64,000 nt of DNA from a candidate division WOR-1 bacterium RIFOXYB2_FULL_42_35 (GTDB lineage Bacteria; Margulisbacteria; WOR-1; O2-12-FULL-45-9), in assembly GCA_001771545.1 (NCBI GenBank), contig MEUC01000005.1, forward strand, positions 2,379 through 66,378, written 5' to 3'. A model generated the notes under the pieces. The model saw nothing but the letters and a program-made list of their open reading frames with translations. It had not been told where the DNA came from and made no database searches. Shown in pieces: positions 10,370 to 19,847 of this stretch. Numbering within the stretch: the stretch's first letter is position 1; every line of letters begins with the position of its first letter. The position numbers and the translations under genes are program-made.

Positions 10370-11053
10370 TTACAAATCTCTTAAAACCTGATGACCTGAT
10401 CCCGTTAATCTCCATGTCAAAGAATCAGTCATTCCATTATAAAAGCCAATGCTCCCACCTTCTTCTATTAGATCATCATACATCAGTTTATTCGTCGCTA
10501 AGTTATATTCCTTCACAGATACCCCCAGAAATTTCTTCAAAACTTTCTGTGGCATTTCGGATTCATCAGCATTCACCAAAAGTTCAAGAATTTTTCTTTC
10601 ACTATCATTTAATTCCCTAGCCTCTCCCTTGTTCTGCTTTTTAATCCCTAAAGTAGCTTTAAATCTATCAACAATTTCTCTGATTACTTTTTTTGGATCT
10701 TTGCTCCTGTCCAAACATCTAAACTGCTCTCTCCCCTCAGTGCGGCCAAGAGGAGATACCCCATCCTCAACAATAGCAATAATTTGTTTTTTTGCATTAT
10801 CGGCACGTCCAATTTCTTGTTGGACGATCTGAGACTTATGCGCATGAAAAGTATACAAAACAACAAAAATATCCTTAGAATTGATATGGTTATTTAATTT
10901 GTCAGATAATTCTTTATCTCCCTCAGCATTCTCTGGTCGTTCCGCAATATATAAATCAATTCCCATACCGCAAAAGGCAGAAAACAATAAATCAATATAG
11001 ATTTGATCTTCTTCATGATTGCTATGGCTTAAAAAAGCTGTTTTATTTTTCAT
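10370..11053 (-). CDS. TIR-domain protein with C-terminal winged-helix-like domain
   Basis: AFLSHS, DIFVVLYT, SQIVQQEIGRA (catalytic-Glu position), IIAIVE; C-terminal LNDSERKILELL...WRLTGSG; start at MKNKT. Confidence 0.7.
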   Translation of the reverse strand: MKNKTAFLSHSNHEEDQIYIDLLFSAFCGMGIDLYIAERPENAEGDKELSDKLNNHINSKDIFVVLYTFHAHKSQIVQQEIGRADNAKKQIIAIVEDGVSPLGRTEGREQFRCLDRSKDPKKVIREIVDRFKATLGIKKQNKGEARELNDSERKILELLVNADESEMPQKVLKKFLGVSVKEYNLATNKLMYDDLIEEGGSIGFYNGMTDSLTWRLTGSGHQVLRDL

Positions 11054-11063
11054 ACAATAGTAC

Positions 11064-11113
11064 GTCGCGCAGCGACACATTCATTTGACATTTTTAATTT
11101 GACATTTGTCATT
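11064..11113. repeat. Hairpin plus heptamer array, inverted relative to R1/R2 (copy L)
   Basis: gtcgcGCAgcgac then acattcatttgacatttttaatttgacatttgtcatt, abutting the carA stop. Confidence 0.85.
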
Positions 11114-12248
11114 ATTTATCCATTAACCTCGTAAATTCCTTAAATAGGTAGGTTGCGTCGTGTGGCCCTGGTCCAGCCTCCGGGTGATACTGAACAGAAA
11201 AGATCGGCAAGTCCTTATGCCGCATTCCTTCAACTGTTTGATCATTTAAATTAATATGGGTTAGTTCAACTTGTTTATCAGGGATGGAATCGATATCAAC
11301 AGCAAAACCATGATTCTGCGCCGTGATAGCAACTTTTCTGGTTTTTAAATCCATAACCGGCTGGTTGCCGCCATGATGACCAAACTTTAATTTATAAGTC
11401 TTGCCACCAAAAGCTAAGCCTAAAAGTTGATTGCCCAAACAAATACCAAAAATTGGCGCTTGGCCAATTAATTTTTTAATGTTTTTAATCGCATAGGTCA
11501 CAGCCGCAGGATCAGCCGGACCATTGGAGAGAAAAATCCCATCAGGCTTCATAGCCAGAACATCTTCGGCTGGAGTTTTAGCTGGGACAACCGTAACTCT
11601 ACAACCAACCCTCTCCAAATGATGCAAAATACTAAACTTAATCCCAAAATCATACGCCACAACATTGTATTTCAATTTCGGATTTTTACCTTCATTTGAC
11701 ATTTTTAATTTGTCATTTGTCATTCTAGCGAAGCTAGTCTCATTCCACACATATGGTTCTTTACAGGTCACAACTTTTACTAGATCAACACCCTCGACCC
11801 CAGGACAAGTCTTGGCTTTTTCAATCAAGCTCTTTTTAACAGTATCAACCGTTGAGATTACTCCCTTTAAAGCCCCTTGGGTGCGCAACTTTTTAGTTAA
11901 GGCTCGAGTATCTATCCCTGCAATGGCAATAATGCCATGTTTTTTGAGATATTCTGATAAGGTTTGAGTGCTCCGATAGTTAGAAGCAACCACACTGTTT
12001 TCTCGGACGACAAAACCTTCCACTTGTGGGATTGGTGACTCAATATCCTCTTCATTAACGCCATAATTACCAATAAGAGGATAAGTCATAGTAACAATTT
12101 GGCCTTTATAGGAAGGATCGGTGAGAATTTCTTGGTAACCAGTTAGCGAGGTATTGAAAACAATTTCTCCACTCTTTTCGGTTTCGGCCCCAAAAGACTG
12201 TCCCTGGAAAACTGTACCATCTTCAAGTGCGAGGATTGCTTTTGTCAC
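11112..12248 (-). CDS. carA: Carbamoyl-phosphate synthase small subunit
   Basis: [51 protein letters not shown]. Confidence 0.97.
   Translation of the reverse strand: MTKAILALEDGTVFQGQSFGAETEKSGEIVFNTSLTGYQEILTDPSYKGQIVTMTYPLIGNYGVNEEDIESPIPQVEGFVVRENSVVASNYRSTQTLSEYLKKHGIIAIAGIDTRALTKKLRTQGALKGVISTVDTVKKSLIEKAKTCPGVEGVDLVKVVTCKEPYVWNETSFARMTNDKLKMSNEGKNPKLKYNVVAYDFGIKFSILHHLERVGCRVTVVPAKTPAEDVLAMKPDGIFLSNGPADPAAVTYAIKNIKKLIGQAPIFGICLGNQLLGLAFGGKTYKLKFGHHGGNQPVMDLKTRKVAITAQNHGFAVDIDSIPDKQVELTHINLNDQTVEGMRHKDLPIFSVQYHPEAGPGPHDATYLFKEFTRLMDK
11691..11737. repeat. Heptamer array copy embedded in frame in carA, plus ctagcGAAgctag hairpin
   Basis: ttcatttgacatttttaatttgtcatttgtcatt differs from copy L at one of 34 nt; encodes [12 protein letters not shown]. 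Confidence 0.85.
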
Positions 12249-12365
12249 ATGTTTTTACCTTAGTTATTATAACGAAAATTCGAGGTGGTCGCAAGGTGGG
12301 AAAAAACAGAAAAACACCCCCTCTCTTTAGGGGGTCGTGGTTTTATGTGAGCGGGGTGAGTTAGA

Positions 12366-15137
12366 TTACTTCGCCAAATCTTGCAACAGCTTCTTCAGCT
12401 CATTAAGCTTTTCGCCATACGAACCAAAATTGCCTTGCTTTAAATTGGACTGCGCTTGATCAAAAACATTAAGGGCTTTTTGGGCCAGTTCTTTCGGGTT
12501 TAAATATGACTCTGTCTTCTCTTCTAATTTAACCGAGCTTCTCACCCGACCGGAAAAGACTTGAGAAAAAGCCGAGTCCAAGGATTCTCCCATAGCCACA
12601 TTATTACCATAAACCACAATTATTCTTTTTAACTGGGGCAGCTCCCCTGAAGAAGCCTCTAGATAAACCGGCTCAACATAAACAATGGAGTTTTTGATCG
12701 GAATGGCTAAAAGATTACCGCGAATAACTCGTGAACCACCTTGCCCCCACAGCGTAAACTGCTGAGAGATTTCTGTTTGTTGGTCAATCCTAGCCTCAAC
12801 CTGCATCGGCCCGTAAACCAATTTATCTTTAGGAAATTTATAAACAATTAACTTGCCATAATTAGGCATGTCTGAGCGGCCAGCCAACCAAGCAATCATG
12901 TTATCTTTATTATTAGGAGTAAACGGCAACATCAAAAGAAATTCTTCTCTTTTTTCTTTTGGCAGCCTCATTATTATATAGTAGGCTTCCATCAGCTGTT
13001 CATTGCCGGCATAAATTTCTTTGGGAATATTCCACAGGTCTTCTTGGTTGTAATAAACCTGGGGTTCATCCATATGGAAAGTTGCATACTTGTGTGCCTG
13101 GATCATAAATAAGTCGTAAGGATAACGAAGATGTTTCTTTAAGTCCTCGGGCATTTGAGCGAAAGATTTAAAAAGACCAGGATAAATCTTCTGGTAAGTC
13201 TTGGCCAAAGGATCAGCAGCATCAATAATATAAAAATCAACACTACCGTCATAAGCATTAACAACCGCCTTGACCGAGTTGCGAATATAGTTGAAGCGAG
13301 CGTAGCTTGTTCCGGTTGGGTCGGAATAGGGATAAAGATTAGAAGTTGTGTAAGCATCCTGAATCCAATAAAGTTGACCTTTGGAGATTACCAAATAAGG
13401 ATCACTGTCGTAGCTTAGAAAAGGCGCAATCGTTTTTACTCGGCCAGCGATTGAGCGGTTAAACATAATGCGGCTATCTTTGGTAATATAATCGGTTAGC
13501 AAGATTTTTAGGTCGGAGAAATTAATCGCAAAGGCCAAGCGCCGCAAGAAAGAACTAATTTGCACCCCACCCTTGCCTTGATAGGTTGAATAGACATTGC
13601 TGTCCCCTTTAGGATAATCAAATTCTTTTTCCTTGGTTTTTACAAAAACATAATTATCAGATTCTTCGCCATAATAGATCTCTGGCCGCTCAATCTTCAA
13701 ATCAGTCGAACTAACTGGCGGAATGTCTTTAACCAACAGATTAGGCAAACCATCGGAAGTCTTTTCATTTACAGGAGAGAGACAAACCCCATAACCATGG
13801 GTAAAACTCAAATGCTGGTTAACCCAGTTTTGAGCCTTGGCCGGTAGTTTAGAAATTTTTAGCTCTCGAGGAGAGAGCATGACTTCTTGATATTTGCCAT
13901 TAATTTGATAACGGTCAACATCAACATCAGCAAAGTCATAATAGAGCCGAATCCCTTGCAACTGATTGTAAGTTTTTTTGATCGGCCGCGGATCCCACAA
14001 CCTGATATTACTAATAGTTTGGGTGTTGCGACGCAAGTCCGCAAGAGAAAGGTCCTGTTCTGCCGCGAATTCTTTTTCTTCAATATTATCTAAGCCATAG
14101 GCTTGGCGAGTAAATTTAATGCCGTTGGCGATATAGGGGGACTCCATAGAAATCTCATTGGGTTTTACTTGTAGATTTTGAATAAAGGCCGGATAAATTC
14201 CCCCCATCACAACAGCAACAACTAAGTAAGTAGCCGCACCAACCAGCGGAAGCTTATAATCCTTTTGAAAAATATTGATCAAGAAAAGTGCTGACAGGAC
14301 AAATAAAACCAAGATTTGCAGATTGTAGCCCAACAACTGGGCGTTAACATCAGTATAGCCGGCACCAAAAACTATTCCACGGGCAGAGTAAAGAATTTCT
14401 AATCTTCCTAACCATAAACCCCAAGCAAACACTCCCGTCAATAAGGCCAAAAGTAATGCTAAATGGGCCTTCACCCCTCTAGCGAAAGAAACTTCAACTT
14501 GCTCAAGAGAAAAACCATTCTTGGTAAAATATATCCAGAGTGCAGCTAAACCAGAGATCATTAGCGCAGACATGATAAAACCTTGGATAAATTTCAATAA
14601 CGGGAATTGAAAAACATAAAAGCCAATATCCTTATTAAAAATAGGATCGGCAATCCCAAAGGAAGAAGCATTCAAGGCCTTGAGCACAACTTGCCATTGA
14701 GTTAAAGCAGACAGCCCCATAAAGAGAGCAACAACCAGGATCCCCAGCAACCAAAAAAGATTAGCCCTATCATGCCCTTCCGGTTGCGGCCCAACGTCTA
14801 TGATCTGGTCGTCATCATTATCGTTAGCTCCCCCCCCTTCTCCAAAAAGCTGCTCAATCATTTTTTGGATGTCAGGAGATTTTCTCCTAACCCCATTTTT
14901 TTTCAATCCTTTGGTCAAACGATTGGCAACATAAATATTAACCGCCGCAATTACCAAGAAAAGCAGGCCAAAAGCTAAGCCGGTTAAAACTTTGGCTTTA
15001 AGATTGATCCAAAAAATTGCCGAAAAACCCAGATTTTGCAGCCAGAGAAAGTTCGGATAAATAGAAATCAGGGCAGAAATAAGACTCCAAACAATAAAAA
15101 CCAAAATGATTGTAATAGCCAGGGGAAAGCGTCGCAT
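12366..15137 (-). CDS. UPF0182 family membrane protein
   Basis: DPIFNKDIGFYVF, GAGYTDVNA, NIRLWDPRP, DVDVDRY, FTHGYG, NYIRNSVK, IRGNLLAIP, YVEPVYL. Confidence 0.93.
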   Translation of the reverse strand: MRRFPLAITIILVFIVWSLISALISIYPNFLWLQNLGFSAIFWINLKAKVLTGLAFGLLFLVIAAVNIYVANRLTKGLKKNGVRRKSPDIQKMIEQLFGEGGGANDNDDDQIIDVGPQPEGHDRANLFWLLGILVVALFMGLSALTQWQVVLKALNASSFGIADPIFNKDIGFYVFQFPLLKFIQGFIMSALMISGLAALWIYFTKNGFSLEQVEVSFARGVKAHLALLLALLTGVFAWGLWLGRLEILYSARGIVFGAGYTDVNAQLLGYNLQILVLFVLSALFLINIFQKDYKLPLVGAATYLVVAVVMGGIYPAFIQNLQVKPNEISMESPYIANGIKFTRQAYGLDNIEEKEFAAEQDLSLADLRRNTQTISNIRLWDPRPIKKTYNQLQGIRLYYDFADVDVDRYQINGKYQEVMLSPRELKISKLPAKAQNWVNQHLSFTHGYGVCLSPVNEKTSDGLPNLLVKDIPPVSSTDLKIERPEIYYGEESDNYVFVKTKEKEFDYPKGDSNVYSTYQGKGGVQISSFLRRLAFAINFSDLKILLTDYITKDSRIMFNRSIAGRVKTIAPFLSYDSDPYLVISKGQLYWIQDAYTTSNLYPYSDPTGTSYARFNYIRNSVKAVVNAYDGSVDFYIIDAADPLAKTYQKIYPGLFKSFAQMPEDLKKHLRYPYDLFMIQAHKYATFHMDEPQVYYNQEDLWNIPKEIYAGNEQLMEAYYIIMRLPKEKREEFLLMLPFTPNNKDNMIAWLAGRSDMPNYGKLIVYKFPKDKLVYGPMQVEARIDQQTEISQQFTLWGQGGSRVIRGNLLAIPIKNSIVYVEPVYLEASSGELPQLKRIIVVYGNNVAMGESLDSAFSQVFSGRVRSSVKLEEKTESYLNPKELAQKALNVFDQAQSNLKQGNFGSYGEKLNELKKLLQDLAK

Positions 15138-15160
15138 AAGTAAGTACCTCCCGATTAATT

Positions 15161-15193
15161 TAACTCCACACGATAGATTTTAGTGTGGGGTTA
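15161..15193. other. Hairpin in the divergent intergenic region
   Basis: TAACTCCACAC...GTGTGGGGTTA. Confidence 0.45.
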
Positions 15194-15280
15194 TTAGAGG
15201 ACTCAACTTATCACAATTCTACTTGCTTTTCAATTACACTATGTTAAGATAATGAACAAAATTGAAAAGGAGGCGACAAA

Positions 15281-15481
15281 ATGCATATTACCCCAAACGA
15301 AAGTACTCTTGACCGTTTTATTAGAATTGCCCTGGGTGGTCTTTGTATTATTACAGTTACCTACGTTAACATGTCAGCTGTTTTAGTAGCCGCACTATTA
15401 ATAATTGGAGCAATCCTACTATTAACTGCCCTAAGCGGCCACTGTTTAGTTTATAGAATATTAAAAACAAAAACCAACTAA
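15281..15481 (+). CDS. DUF2892 / YgaP-like small membrane protein
   Basis: NESTLDRFIRIALG...LLTALSGHCLVYRIL; AAGGAGG RBS. Confidence 0.85.
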   Translation: MHITPNESTLDRFIRIALGGLCIITVTYVNMSAVLVAALLIIGAILLLTALSGHCLVYRILKTKTN

Positions 15482-15503
15482 TATTAATAGAATAAAAACC
15501 GTG

Positions 15504-15540
15504 CAAATCGAGGAATTAGTTTCCTCGATTTGTCTTTTCT
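15504..15540 (+). terminator. Intrinsic terminator
   Basis: CAAATCGAGGAA-TTAGT-TTCCTCGATTTG followed by TCTTTTCT. Confidence 0.7.
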
Positions 15541-15562
15541 AAAGTCTCTTTAAAAGAGTAAA

Positions 15563-16795
15563 ATGACAGAAGAAAACCAGATAAAAACATTCAAACATGC
15601 CAGATTTTCACACGTTCTCAGAAACAAGAATTTTCTCTGCCTCTGGCTTGACCAGCTCATGTCCCAGATAGCAGACAGATTTTTGCTTTATATTTTGCTG
15701 ATCCTTGTTTACAAACTAACAAAAAGCAACTTAGGGGTTAGTATCCCTTTACTCATTTTTGGTTTTTCTGCGGTTTTATTTGGTCCCAGCGCCGGTGTTT
15801 TTGTAGATCGCTGGAACAAAAAACATGTTATGGTTATTTCAAATCTTCTGCGGGGCGGATTGACTCTCTTGATAATTCCCTTTATGAATCATAGCCTGAT
15901 AGTTGTTTTCATAATAAGTTTTTTAATATTTACCATTTCTCAGTTTTTTGCCCCGGCAGAAACATCGAGCATCCGCCTGCTGGTGGAAAAACGTGACCTG
16001 ATTGCAGCAAATTCTCTCTTTATGATGACCTTGATGACAGCTTCTATTATTGGGATTGGTCTGGCTGCTCCCCTAACCAATTTTTTTGGAATTACATACG
16101 TGCTTATTGTTGCAGCTTTTCTTCATCTTTTATCAACCCTGGCAACACTGCTGATTTCTCTTGAACATAGAGAGAGACAAATGGCGCTTGGCTTTATTAG
16201 TTTATTCAAAGAATTACTAACGGGTTTTGAGTTTATCAGAAGAAAGGCAGTTATAAGGGGAGCACTAATAAAATTATTTTTCTCAACATCAGTGCTTGCT
16301 GCCGTATGCATGCTGTCAGTCAGTTTTTCAGAAAAAATCCTTGGGATCGGGGCGGCTAACTTTGGCTATTTGATATTTTCTACTGGGATCGGGATGGTAA
16401 TTGGGGGCTTGTTTCTGGGCCGATTTGGACATCACTTTAAAAGAAACCGCTTGGCTCACATTGGCTTTCTCTTAGCGGGGTTAGCCTTGATAACCTTAAG
16501 TCAAACACAAAATATCTGGCTAGTCTTTATTGCCATCTTTTTCCTAGGTACTGGCAATGCCTTTATCGTTACCCCCCTGCAAACCATTTTACATGAGAAA
16601 GTCCCCAAGGTTGTCCAGGGCCGCGTTTTTGGGGTGCAAAATATGTTTATTAACTCTGCCTTTACTTTTCCGGTAGTTATTTTAGGAGAGATCGCCGACC
16701 TAGTTGGCTTACACACCATTATCGCTTCGTTAGGTGTTTTAGTCTTATTAACAGGACTGCTTGATACAATTGTTAATAGAAACCAAACAGATTAA
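15563..16795 (+). CDS. MFS transporter
   Basis: About 12 hydrophobic segments, GVFVDRWNKK motif A, QGRVFG. Confidence 0.9.
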   Translation: MTEENQIKTFKHARFSHVLRNKNFLCLWLDQLMSQIADRFLLYILLILVYKLTKSNLGVSIPLLIFGFSAVLFGPSAGVFVDRWNKKHVMVISNLLRGGLTLLIIPFMNHSLIVVFIISFLIFTISQFFAPAETSSIRLLVEKRDLIAANSLFMMTLMTASIIGIGLAAPLTNFFGITYVLIVAAFLHLLSTLATLLISLEHRERQMALGFISLFKELLTGFEFIRRKAVIRGALIKLFFSTSVLAAVCMLSVSFSEKILGIGAANFGYLIFSTGIGMVIGGLFLGRFGHHFKRNRLAHIGFLLAGLALITLSQTQNIWLVFIAIFFLGTGNAFIVTPLQTILHEKVPKVVQGRVFGVQNMFINSAFTFPVVILGEIADLVGLHTIIASLGVLVLLTGLLDTIVNRNQTD

Positions 16796-18333
16796 ATTGT
16801 AATTTTCCACAATGGACACCATAATACAAAAAGCAAAATCACCAAGGCCATAAAGATCCAGAGCAGATAAACATTGAGACTTCTTCTCATAACTTTTTTT
16901 AGCATATTGCATAGTGCTTCGATTAAGGCAGCAACGCCACAATAAAACTTATCTACACTTAAATAAGACAGAAGCGTGCTATTTTCTTTCCCTCTTCCCT
17001 CTCCCACCCCCAACAACCCGAACCTAACCCCAAAAAAATAAATGGCCAGCCCTAAAAATACTGCCATTGTCGTATCAACTAACAACTTAAAATTCCAAAA
17101 CTCAAAGTGCAATAAAGCAATACCAGTTAAGGGAACAAATTTATTCAAAACCGGACCAGGAAAAAGCCCAACCACTAAACAGATCCCTGCCAAAATCAAC
17201 AGAGAAAAACACATCGGGGCAGGAACTTCATTGGTTTTTTTAAGCTGCGCCGGTAATTCACCCCAAAAAACTTGCAGAAATAATTTGAGAAAAACAGCCG
17301 TTGTCCCTGCTGCCGTGATAATTAAGGCTGTTTTGAGCCAAAGATTCCCAGCAGTCGCACTAACGATTAAAGCTTTACTGGCAAAACCATTAAAAGGCGG
17401 GATTCCAGATATCGCCAGAGCACCGATGCAAAAAGTTGCGGCAGTTATAGGCATGCGCTTGCCTAAGCCTCCTAAGTTTTTCAACTCCCTTTCCCGAGTT
17501 GCATAAATAACCGCACCCAGACAAAGAAAGAGCAGCATCTTAAATGTTGCATGGTTGAGAATATGAAAGAGCCCCCCACCTATGCCCAAGCTTGTGCCTA
17601 TGCCCATCCCCAAAAGCACATACCCCATTTGGCTTATACTCGAATAAGCCAGCAGCCTTTTAATATTAGTCTGTCTTATAGCTAAGACAACACCAAAAAT
17701 CATCGAGAGCACCCCAACCCATATTAAGAGCTGCATTCCCAGTTTAAAAATAAATAGCATTCTAATTAAGCCATAGGCACCAATTTTAATCACCAAGCCA
17801 GAAAGAAGTGCCGAGACCGGTGAGGGAGCAATCGGATGAGCATCCGGCAACCAAACGTGAAATGGCACAGCCCCAATCTCAATTAAACAACCGATTACAA
17901 AGAGAGCTAGAATAAGCTTGATTGATTCAGCCGGTAAAGTGTGCGCAACACGAGCAAATACGGCAAACTCAAAAGTCCCGGTCAGGTTATACAGCATCAA
18001 AGCTGCCACCAAAATAAACAGACCACCGGCAAACATCATAATTACATATTTAAACCCGGCAGGAAATGATTCTTTCTTAGTGTTATCAACAATTAAAAAG
18101 TAAACAGCAACAGTCATCAATTCCAAACAAATATAAAAGCTTAATAAATCCTTGGCTAAGATTGTTCCTAAAATACCGAGCAAGGCCATTAAAAGAACAA
18201 AATAGTAGCGGAATAAGTTTCGTTTTACATAAGCGAGTGAATAAACAAACACCAAAGAAAATAACATCGTAACCATAATCAACATAAAAAAACTTAAACT
18301 ATCGACCGGCCAAAATGACGTTGGAAATATCAT
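16792..18333 (-). CDS. Proton-conducting antiporter-like subunit (MrpD/MrpA, MbhH'-like)
   Basis: PFHVWLPDAHPIAPSPVSALLSG, KRLLAYSSISQMG, GIPPFNGFASK. Confidence 0.88.
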   Translation of the reverse strand: MIFPTSFWPVDSLSFFMLIMVTMLFSLVFVYSLAYVKRNLFRYYFVLLMALLGILGTILAKDLLSFYICLELMTVAVYFLIVDNTKKESFPAGFKYVIMMFAGGLFILVAALMLYNLTGTFEFAVFARVAHTLPAESIKLILALFVIGCLIEIGAVPFHVWLPDAHPIAPSPVSALLSGLVIKIGAYGLIRMLFIFKLGMQLLIWVGVLSMIFGVVLAIRQTNIKRLLAYSSISQMGYVLLGMGIGTSLGIGGGLFHILNHATFKMLLFLCLGAVIYATRERELKNLGGLGKRMPITAATFCIGALAISGIPPFNGFASKALIVSATAGNLWLKTALIITAAGTTAVFLKLFLQVFWGELPAQLKKTNEVPAPMCFSLLILAGICLVVGLFPGPVLNKFVPLTGIALLHFEFWNFKLLVDTTMAVFLGLAIYFFGVRFGLLGVGEGRGKENSTLLSYLSVDKFYCGVAALIEALCNMLKKVMRRSLNVYLLWIFMALVILLFVLWCPLWKITI

Positions 18334-19793
18334 GGCAATAACACCTTTAGGGCTGGCTGAATTAGATTAATAACCAGGGCTGGAAATATGCCGATCAACA
18401 GACATAAAAAAGCAAAAGCATAGACTGTCAGGTGCTCAAAATGTCCTACCGGGTTTGGTCTAAAGTCATGTTTATGATGGAATTCTTCCGGAGAAAAAAA
18501 CATTTGGATCACTCGAAAGTAACAAGCGGCAGTTAAAAGAATGCCTAAAAAGAGACAAAAGATGATCAGATAATTATGCTTCAATAAAACTGCCTGGATA
18601 ACAAACAATTTACTAACAAAACCATTTAAAGGCGGAATACCAATAGCCGCTAAAGATAACAAACAAAAAGTGATCGTCAGCCCGGGCATCTGCTGCCAAA
18701 CACCTTTCATCTGGTGTATTTTCCAAAACCCGGTTTGGGAAATAATAATCCCGGCACAAAAAAACAACCCTGTCTTAATCAGAGCATGATTAAAAATATG
18801 AAACAAAGCCCCTTGCAAGCCTAATTGCGTCCCCAACCCCACCCCAATTAAAATAAAACCTATTTGACTGATACTGGAATAAGCCAACATTCTCTTAATT
18901 TCAATCTGAACCAAAGCCATCGCTGAAGCAAAAATCAGCGAAACAATCCCAAAGAAAATGATTACATTGCCAACCCCATGAGTCAATAAGGTCGCGCCAA
19001 AAAACAAATAAAAGATGCGCAACATTGCATAGAGACCAACCTTAAGAATTAACCCGGAAAGAAGACCACTAACCGGCGTTGGGGCCTGAGAATGAGCCTC
19101 TGGAATCCAAGTATGCAAAGGAAACATGCCACACTTAATACCAAAACTAATCATCATCAGAGAAAAAACCACATAAACAATTTGCGGATTAGCTTGATAA
19201 ATCCCTGGGATCTGCACTGCTATAACATCCATATTCAAACTGCCGGTCAACGAATATAAAATAGCGATTGAGAGCAAAAAGAAGACCCAGGTGGCCTCGG
19301 TCATAACCAAATATTTAAAGCTGGCAATAATTGTACGTGGTTTATGCTTATAAGTAATCAAGACATAGGAAGCTACCGCTAGCATCTCAAAGAATACATA
19401 CAGATTAAAAATGTCACGAGTCAGAATAATCCCTAAGATCGACGACAAGGCTATCATCAGCAGGGAATAAAACCTTCGGGCATACAAATATATCCCCAAA
19501 GAATAAATAAGAATCAGCAAACCAACCAACATAACTAAAACCGCAAAAAAGAAACTTAATCCGTCGACTTGCAAACTGATGCCAAATGGCGCCGGCCAAC
19601 CGCCTAAGTTATATTTGATAACCTGGCCAGCCAAAACCGAACGAGCCGTTGTGGAAAGCACAAAAGCAGAGGCCAGCCAGGCAAAAATGGCAACCAACTC
19701 GGCCCCCCTTTTCACTTTAGTATACTTAGTCAAGTGAGTTAAGAAGGCCGCTAAAAGAGGAATAGATATAATTAGTATTGGTGCATTTATCAT
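18330..19793 (-). CDS. mrpD: Na+/H+ antiporter subunit D (MrpD/MbhH)
   Basis: GGWPAPFGI, DIFNLYVFFE, PLHTWIPEAH, GIPPLNGFVSK. Confidence 0.88.
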   Translation of the reverse strand: MINAPILIISIPLLAAFLTHLTKYTKVKRGAELVAIFAWLASAFVLSTTARSVLAGQVIKYNLGGWPAPFGISLQVDGLSFFFAVLVMLVGLLILIYSLGIYLYARRFYSLLMIALSSILGIILTRDIFNLYVFFEMLAVASYVLITYKHKPRTIIASFKYLVMTEATWVFFLLSIAILYSLTGSLNMDVIAVQIPGIYQANPQIVYVVFSLMMISFGIKCGMFPLHTWIPEAHSQAPTPVSGLLSGLILKVGLYAMLRIFYLFFGATLLTHGVGNVIIFFGIVSLIFASAMALVQIEIKRMLAYSSISQIGFILIGVGLGTQLGLQGALFHIFNHALIKTGLFFCAGIIISQTGFWKIHQMKGVWQQMPGLTITFCLLSLAAIGIPPLNGFVSKLFVIQAVLLKHNYLIIFCLFLGILLTAACYFRVIQMFFSPEEFHHKHDFRPNPVGHFEHLTVYAFAFLCLLIGIFPALVINLIQPALKVLLP

Positions 19794-19810
19794 TTTATTT
19801 ATTGATGCTT

Positions 19811-19847
19811 ATCCGCCGAAGTCTGCCGTAGGCAGACGAAGGAGGAT
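19811..19847. repeat. REP-like palindrome between mrpC and mrpD
   Basis: atccgcc-gaa-gtctgccGTAggcagac-gaa-ggaggat. Confidence 0.65.

Noticed and set aside
9892..11737. Repeats as a CRISPR array or classical integron attC sites
   Set aside because: No constant repeat-spacer periodicity, no cas or intI gene, mixed orientation, and no RYYYAAC/GTTRRRY box pattern recognised.
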